From Octopus vulgaris (taxonomy: Eukaryota): a stretch of 64,000 nt of DNA. Positions 55,988 to 64,000 of this stretch are shown piece after piece. The stretch covers positions 62,310,001 through 62,374,000 of the forward strand of contig OX597820.1 of the NCBI GenBank assembly GCA_951406725.2. Reading direction: 5' to 3'. The number at the start of each line of letters is the position of its first letter. The stretch's first letter is position 1. The translations under genes were made by a program, and so were the position numbers. A model generated the notes under the pieces. That model ran no database searches and was not told the DNA's origin. It worked only from the letters and a program-made list of their open reading frames with translations.

Positions 55988-56345
55988 GGCGGCGAGCTGG
56001 CAGAAACGTTAGCACGCCGGGCGAAATGTGTAGCGGTATTTCGTCTGCCGTTACGTTCTGAGCTCAAATTCCGCCGAGGTCGACTTTCGCTTTCATCCTT
56101 TCGAGGTCGATAAATTAAGGACCAGTTACGCACTGGGGTCGATATAATCGACTTAATCCGTTTGTCCGTCCTTGTTTGTCTTCTCTGTGTTAAGCCCCTT
56201 GTGGGTAGTAAAGAAATAGGTATTTTGTCTGCCACTATGTTCTGAGTTCAAATTCCAGCGAGGTTGACTTTGCCTTTCATCCTTTCGGGTTCGATTAAAT
56301 AAGTATCAGTTACGCACTGGCTTCGATGTAATCGACTTAATCCGT
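55988..56345 (+). mobile_element. SINE A tandem: full Tx1-tailed copy plus head-truncated copy
   Basis: Junction TAAAGAAATA|GGTATTTTGTCTG at 56218. Confidence 0.88.
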
Positions 56346-56782
56346 TATACGGCTTCTGTCACTCAACACTGTTCAAAACAGTGTTGAGTGACAGAAGCCG
56401 CATATAGTTCTTTGTTGTTTTTATTTTTGTAGTTGTTGTTTATGTTTTTATTGTTGCTGCTATTGGTTAGCCACAGCTCGACTCTCATACAACAGAATTA
56501 TGATCAACAGCATCCCATCTATGATCAGATCGATTTTTTTGTTATATCAGGCTCTGTGAAAGCACGTGACCTAGCGGGTAGGGAGTCGCAATCGCAATCG
56601 TAAGATCATGCACTTGATTCGCAGACTGAGTGATGCGTTGTGTTCATGAGTGAAACACTACACTCAACGTTGCTCCAGTGAAATCAAAATCCTGGTCTCT
56701 CGGCAATCAAATCGAGGAGACTTAATGATTAATAACAGTGCACCACAAATGTCAGGGTCAAGAAAAAAAAACAGTTCTCATA

Positions 56783-57160
56783 TGCGTAGGAGTGACTGAG
56801 TGGTAAGTAGCTTGCTCATCAACCACAAGGTTCTGGGTTCAGTCCCAAAGCGTGGCAACTTAGGCAAGTATCTTCTACTATAGCCTCGGGCCGGCCAAAG
56901 CCTTGTGAGTTGTTAGGGTAGACGGAAACTGAAAGAAGCCCGTCGTATATATGTGTGTATATCTATGTGCGTGTGTAGGTTTGTGTGTCTGTATTTGTCC
57001 CCCAATATCGCTTGACAATCGATGTTGGTGTGTTTACGTCCCGGTAATTTAGCGGTTCGGTAAAAGAGACCGATAGAATAAGTCCTGGGGCCGATTTGCT
57101 CGACAAAAGGAGGTGATCCAGCATGGCCACAGTCAAATGACTGAAACAAGTAAAAGAGAG
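56783..57160 (+). mobile_element. SINE family B
   Basis: Same motifs as 14886-15290. Confidence 0.88.
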
Positions 57161-57399
57161 TATTTACATTTAATTATGAATTTTATTGGGCTAAATTCGA
57201 ATTTTATAACACGTTTTCTTGTAAATTACCGACTTGATAACTATGCAATTTATACCAATTTCCACGATGCCATAAATTTGTTTGCCCCAAAGTCAGATTA
57301 AATATGTCCATTGTAATTAATTCATAAATATATAATGAATCGGCAAGTAGGTTAGCATTATATGATGTATTAAATTACATTTTAGTATTTATTTCTTTG

Positions 57400-58000
57400 T
57401 TTATAAGACGTCTCAGGTGTGTCATGCTTCAGGTTCCAGCAGAAGTCAGCCAGCATAGTTGAGCTCCATTTTCATTTATACTTGTTTTCCATTGACGCAA
57501 TATGTTGATGGAACCTCTCTCCGCGTTCATCACTCACATCTACATTCTCTGGGAAGAAGGACAGATGAGAATGAAGAAAGTGTATCTTCAGTGACATATT
57601 ACACCCGAGATCTTGGTAGCACTTGATTAGGTTCTCCACTATACTCTCTCGCTGGACCGCTTGGTGCTTTCCCAGAAGTCCTTTGCATACATTTTTGAAT
57701 GCACGCCAGGTCGATGGCTCAGTTTCATCCGTTGTCGCTTCTAGGTCCTCATCAGCTTTAAGGTGACGAATCTGAGGTCCTACGAATATGCTCTCTTTAA
57801 TCATGGCATCACTTATTATTGGGAAGATCGCCTTGAGGTACTGGAAACACGGCTTGTTATGTTGTTATGTGATTTGGTAAATTACTTCATTTGGCCTAGT
57901 TTTATATGCAGTTGTGGCAAAATGATTTTCTCCTTGTTAACTAGGGGCTCATGATTTACATTATGGCATCCAGGTGTCATAGTTACGCGAGGTGGCCATC
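57400..58000 (-). pseudogene. CMC/Chapaev3-like DNA transposase relic
   Basis: LPQLHIKLGQMK, IFVGPQIR, LGCNMSLKIHFLHSHL, SDERGERFHQ. Family assignment is from recalled motifs. Confidence 0.75.
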
Positions 58001-58029
58001 CTGAGCGTACATAATGTTCTGCTCTAACC

Positions 58030-58452
58030 CTACTGTCCGTTATCACTGAAGATTTAGATAAGAGACGCGTGTCTGCCAAGTTTGTACCAAAACTGCTTTC
58101 AGCTGACGAAATAGACACTCGAGTTTCAGTTGCACAAAATGTCCTTGATTGTGTCGAGAAGGATGAAAACTTTTTGAAAACTTTGCGTAGGCCTCTGAGT
58201 AGGTATCGCCAAGCTTTTAGCAAAACTTGATGCAGATTCTCAGCTCAACATTTTTGTCATTCTCAATGCGATGATCACACGCTACACACCTTCCTTCCAA
58301 ACACCACTGTAAACAGCGGAAGTTAGCTAGAATATTAAAATTTAGAGCGCATGTACAGGTCAAGGTCAAAACGTGTGGAGTGGCTTCCCTTTCCACGCTT
58401 TAGTTTCGTTACTGTATCAACAGTTCGGATACTTATTGATCAGACACCGCAT
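58030..58452. mobile_element. Rearranged mariner fragment
   Basis: Plus strand gives EDLDKRRVSAKFVPKLLS. Minus strand gives the N-terminus ELRICIKFC*KLG. A TIR-like end lies near 58420-58452. Confidence 0.7.
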
Positions 58453-58995
58453 ACTTATATTATCTATAATAATAAACGCGAAATTCTGTCTGTCCGTCCG
58501 TTAGGGACCTCTGTATCTCAGTCTACATTTGCTTTACATAGACATATTAATACTTTTTTGGAATCAGGATGATCCAAGGATTGAAAATCTGTCCTTCATT
58601 TAGTTCTTGAACATCCACGGCCTTGAGATCAGGCCTGGATGAGAATGTGTTATATATTAACAGTTGAAAATTCTAATTTTAAAACAACTCCCAAATTATG
58701 TGAACTGACTAATTTTGCATTTGATCTGATTTGGTAGGGTACGAATAAATGCTCTATTATTACTGCTCTCTTCAGTATTGGTTCGCAGGCCTAATTAGCC
58801 CGCCACGGGAGCCAGATCAAAAGTTCGCACGAAATGCGGCTTTTAAGCTAGTGTGTGTATGTGTATGTATGTATGTATTTATGTATGTTTGTATGCATGT
58901 ATGTGTGTATCTATATGTGTATGTATGTATGTACGTATGTATGTACGTATGTATGTATGTATGTATCTATCTATCTATGTGTGTGTGTGTGTGAA

Positions 58996-59335
58996 GGCGC
59001 ATGGTTCAGTGATTAGAGCGTAGAGCTTATGATCGTGAAGTTGTGAATTCGATTCCCGGACCGGACTGTGTGTTTTGTTCTTGAACAAGCTACTTTATTT
59101 CACGTTGCTCCTGTTAACTCAGCTGTAGAAATGAGTCGCGAGTCGAGATGCCACTGGTGCCAAGCTGTATCGGCATTTGCCTTTCCCTTGGATAACATCA
59201 GTGGTGTGGAGAGGGGAGGGTGGTATGTACAAGCGACTGCTAGCCTTCCACAAGTAACTTTGCCCGGACATGTGCCTCGGAGGGTAACTTCCTAGGTGCA
59301 ATCCCATAGTCATTCATGACCGAAATGGGTCTTCT
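58996..59335 (+). mobile_element. tRNA-derived SINE family C
   Basis: GGCGCATGGTTCAGTG A-box, ATTCGATTCCC B-box, tail CTAGGTGCAATCCCAT. Confidence 0.85.
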
Positions 59336-59339
59336 CCTC

Positions 59340-59466
<127 letters not shown>

Positions 59467-59855
59467 TGTACGTGTCTGCGTGCATGTGTGTATGTGTAGT
59501 ATGTGACAAACCCTGTGCATGAAATACAAGAGTCACTCCACTGAACTACATGTATACATTGATAAATGTGTATATGTGTGTGAGATGGCGTTTCCTTTTG
59601 ACTGTGTGTGTGTATGTATCACTTGATATTTATTACACTTCTAGAAACATACAGTGTTCTATGCATAATGAAGTAACATTAAATATTGTAATCTAATATA
59701 CTTAAAACGTTGTATACGCACCATAATTTGCAAATTCAAATATTAATATTAATTTTATTACATTAATATTTGTATTTCCAAATGTATTTATCTTGCGTGT
59801 ATATGCTTCCATATATATTTGTTAACATATATGTGTATGAATGTATGGATGTACG

Positions 59856-59924
<69 letters not shown>

Positions 59925-60215
59925 TGTATATTTATGTATATATGCGTATGTGTGAGTCTATGTCTGTATGCTTATATACATATTTACACATATATTTGTC
60001 TGTATACAAACATACACATTTGTGAGTAGAATACAATATGTACATGCATAAGCTAATTCAGGCAGCTCACCTTCTCTGTATTGTATCGCATCCTTTCCAA
60101 CTTGCAGACTAAATATATCAAACAATGTAAGCTGTTAAATCTTCAAGCATGTTAGTAAACACGCTTCCACATTTAACACCATACATTCCTGAATTCCTCG
60201 GTCCAGATGGAAGGA

Positions 60216-60904
60216 CAGTTATCCCTCGTTTATTGCGGTAGATTGGTTCCGAGAACGGCCGCGATAACTGAATTTCCGCGAAGTAGGAACACCATATTTA
60301 CAGTATTTATTTAACGTGTATTTGGACTTTTAAAACCTTCCCTGTACTGTTACCAACCCACCCATTACAGTAGCTTCTTAATAACAAGGACAACTGTTAA
60401 GCAATAAAAAAAATAGTGTTACTGTACTCAACACGAAAGAAGCTTGGGAGCCATTGCAGGGGATGAATACGCAAAGTTCAACGCAAATAAAAAAAAAAAT
60501 TCACACACAGCACAGCGTAAAGTAGTACAGTAAACCACTCGGCGAGAAAGTTTCAAGCGAAATGGCCGCGAGAGAGAAACAAGGGAAGATGCTGCGGATC
60601 TGAGCATCGGTCAAAGCAGCAATCACGGGCCAGATTACAAAATAGAAAGCTGTGATTCGTCGTCTCTCTCCATTGCACCAATCACAGCCCGTCGTCAGTT
60701 CAAATACTCCTGTATATCCTGTTTTGCTATTTTACGCTTGTTTTGTTGTTCCTAGACTAGGAAATAATATTTATTATTAATATTTTAATGGATTTAATGA
60801 AAAATTTTTAGGTGTTCATATATATATATATATATATATATTTCTAAAATCCGCGAAGTCGTGAATCCGCGATAGTTAAACCGCGAAGTAACGAGGGTTC
60901 ACTG
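60216..60904. mobile_element. Tigger/pogo-like MITE
   Basis: Imperfect TIRs CAGTTATCCCTCG / CGAGGGTTCACTG followed by TA, with subterminal CCGCGA repeats at both ends and no ORF. Confidence 0.75.
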
Positions 60905-61497
60905 TACCAAATTAACCGCAGTAAGACATCTCATTATTCACCAGTAGTGTATTTCTTTACCAATAACACGCTCTTCTGGTTGTCCCTTCCAAATATCTCT
61001 ATTGGCTATATTTTTACGTGCACTCATGCTACTTAAGAGTTCATTTCCAGTACGTGATTTTCTAAATTCTACATATAAGTGACGTTACCAGTCTCAACAA
61101 GTAGAGATAATATAACTGCTCGAGCTATTATATTACTTATTGATTAGCTGCTAATGAATAAGTATTAATTAATAACTGTCGACAAATATTTTGCCAACCT
61201 GTTCATGTGGATCGCCACACTATAAGCGTATTTTTTTCTTACTGGATTCTTCAAAATCTGGCGCTACTCTTCAAACGCTAACGTCGGACTTATTCTTCCG
61301 GATATCAACCGCGAGGCAACTTTTTAATGGGAACAAATAATGCTGTATTCATGTGTCTGTGCAAGTTCTTGTGTATGTATATATGTGCATATGTTTGTAT
61401 ACGTGTCTGTATGTATATAAACATACGCACACACACACACACATATATATACATGTATATAAATGCGTATGTATCTGTCTGTCTCTCTCTCCTCCTC

Positions 61498-61552
<55 letters not shown>

Positions 61553-62655
61553 TATATAAAGAAAACAGAAAATGGAGAAATATTGATGAACAACAATTGA
61601 CTTACATCAATTATCCTTTATTAATTCAATACAAATAGACTACATCCCATCTAACAGCTGTTTCTGTTTCCAATGTTGTATGGTATTACTATTGATATGC
61701 AAAAAATATCTATCATATTTGGTAATAAAACCGATCAAAAACATGGAGCTTCAAGAGTGAAAAATAAATAAAAAAGAAGAGCCAAGAGAAGAAAAAGGAA
61801 AAGTTGAATATGAATGTAATCATACCATTTACTTAACGTCCCAAAGAGATGCACAAGCTAAATGGTATGATTACGTTTCTTCCAGCTGGCCGCCTTCCCT
61901 TATAAGAACCTCATATAATTATATACAATATAGAGTAATTTGCTCACTTGTTTGTTGTTTTCGGTTTTGCCTATTGCTTTCCTTTCTTTTTTTACCGCAT
62001 TTCCTACCATTTTATTTTACGATAATATTAGACCCCTATGAGACATTCACTATATTAAATTACATCCAGACACTCACTCGAAACCTCGCCTCAACATACA
62101 GGTTGTAGATAACCGAATTCTATATATCTCATATGATGGTTCACTCTCTCAGGCTGGAACTCCATTGAAGGTAGGCAATCAACCAACGTGTCGTGTGCCG
62201 TCATGGCCATCAAACCCTGCAATTAATAAGTAACGGTATAGCGTAAACCTTGCGGCCATCCAAACAAAACTACGCTAGATAAAGGACCTGCGTCTTCAAA
62301 TCACTGGATCTTTTTCCACTTCTCATTTATTATTGTAGCATTGTCCTACGACATGTTTCTTCTGTATCTCGAATGAGATTCGAGTAACAAATTTGCAAGC
62401 GAGGATAATGCCAATAACGTTAGCTAGTACAAATAATAATTAGCATATAGAAAAACAGAGGGAAAGTAGTAAGGCATTTAAGGAATGCCAAAAGTAGCAG
62501 AGGCTGATAGAGGAAACACCCACGTAATCGTAACAAGTTAAATGGCCAGGTAGATGCTACCATATCGGTTGAGAATCTAAATTTGAGAAAACATTTCAAT
62601 ATCAGCTTAGTATATTAACATTCATTCTCACCCTCTATCTATCTATCAATCTATA

Positions 62656-62722
<67 letters not shown>

Positions 62723-62761
62723 ATATATATATATATATATCAATGAATGAATGAATATATA

Positions 62762-62867
<106 letters not shown>

Positions 62868-63122
62868 GGTGTATGTGTATGCCTAATGTGTGTGTGTGTG
62901 TCTGTGTGTGTGTTTGTATTGACCATTTTTGCTCTTACTTCTTGTGAAGATTATAGGTCCATTGATGAGGTCTAATAAAAATGAAGCATGCTGCAAAACT
63001 TATATTTGTCTCCTTTTATTGTGAGAGTTATATATCTGATGTTTTAATCACTGGTAATATATACCTAGGTACGTTAATCACCGCCAACATTATCATTCCA
63101 TAGATAAATTTGTGTGTGAGTA

Positions 63123-63207
<85 letters not shown>

Positions 63208-63224
63208 CTATTATATATACTATT

Positions 63225-63642
63225 ATTGTTGGCATCCTTTTGTCTCGGGAGACAGTGAAGTTGCGCATAAACTAATCCAGTCTGGTTTTTACATTTCATT
63301 TCCTCTCCAGTTTTGCGCAGGCCTGGGCTAGATGTAAGAAAATCCTGGATAGCCCAATCATCAGGATTCTTTTCTCGCCCTTGCTGACGTAGTCGAAAGG
63401 AGTGCAGAGCATTATGTTTGGCACCAGCTTGGTTGCAGGAGCTGACAGAAGAGTGTCTAGTCGAACACTAAACCGCCTACAGGGCACCACTCCCGATTTC
63501 TTTGAAGGTTGTCGCCTTTCCGTAACCCTGGATAGGGGCCCATACCGGGTACTGTCAACCGGAGCCAGGTGAGCCCGGGACTCGTATCAGGCTGGGTCGT
63601 CACTCCCTGAAGTAGTGAAGAAAATCACTACCCACTACCTAA

Positions 63643-63645
<3 letters not shown>
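63225..63645 (-). mobile_element. Short non-autonomous RTE-derived element (5' UTR-like part joined to 3' tail)
   Basis: CTCCTGCAACCAAGCTGGTGCCAAA resembles RTE 5' UTRs. TCTCCCGAGACAAAGGATGCC plus (AAT)-type tail resembles RTE 3' ends. Both are recalled similarities. Confidence 0.55.
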
Positions 63646-63697
<52 letters not shown>

Positions 63698-64000
63698 ATA
63701 TATCTATATGAACGTATATGTATTGGTATGTATATGTGTGTATATATATGTATATGAACGTATATGTATTGGTATGCATATGTGTGTATATATATATGTA
63801 TATGAATGTAGATATATTGATATGTATATGTGGGTATATACATATATAAGTATATATATATATATACACACATATACACATATACACACATATATCTGTG
63901 TGTGTGTATGCGCACAAACATTTCCCGCACACACACATCCACACATCTATGCACACACATTTATGTGCATACACAAATGCCCAAAGGCACGCACACGCAC

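Noticed and set aside
62030-62300. Possible RTE ORF C-terminal relic (KPCGHPNKT)
   Set aside because: Similarity is too weak without an alignment.

Overview
AT-rich eukaryotic DNA saturated with (TA)n, (CA)n, (TATC)n and (ATT)n microsatellites. The SINE families and repeat load resemble an Octopus (cephalopod) genome; this is inference. Nearly all ORF-track entries are microsatellite artefacts. The only long intact coding unit is a ~6.2 kb Tx1/L1-clade LINE (18.3-24.5 kb) inserted in a (TATC)n array and followed by three more 3'-end copies in that array. The rest is decayed Gypsy, CR1-like, Penelope-like (PLE), RTE, mariner, Chapaev-like and Tigger-like elements plus three tRNA-derived SINE families. 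Three observations stand out. (1) Several fold-back elements have arms carrying minimal type-I hammerhead ribozyme folds, including a TSD-flanked element with a tRNA-like Pol III head, an (AAT)n spacer and a hammerhead tail. (2) One SINE subfamily carries the Tx1 3' tail and repeatedly sits inside copies of its own family. (3) A second SINE/LINE pair (CORE-type SINE and CR1-like LINE) shares a tail. Only weak candidates for host exons were seen. All alignments and folds were done by eye.
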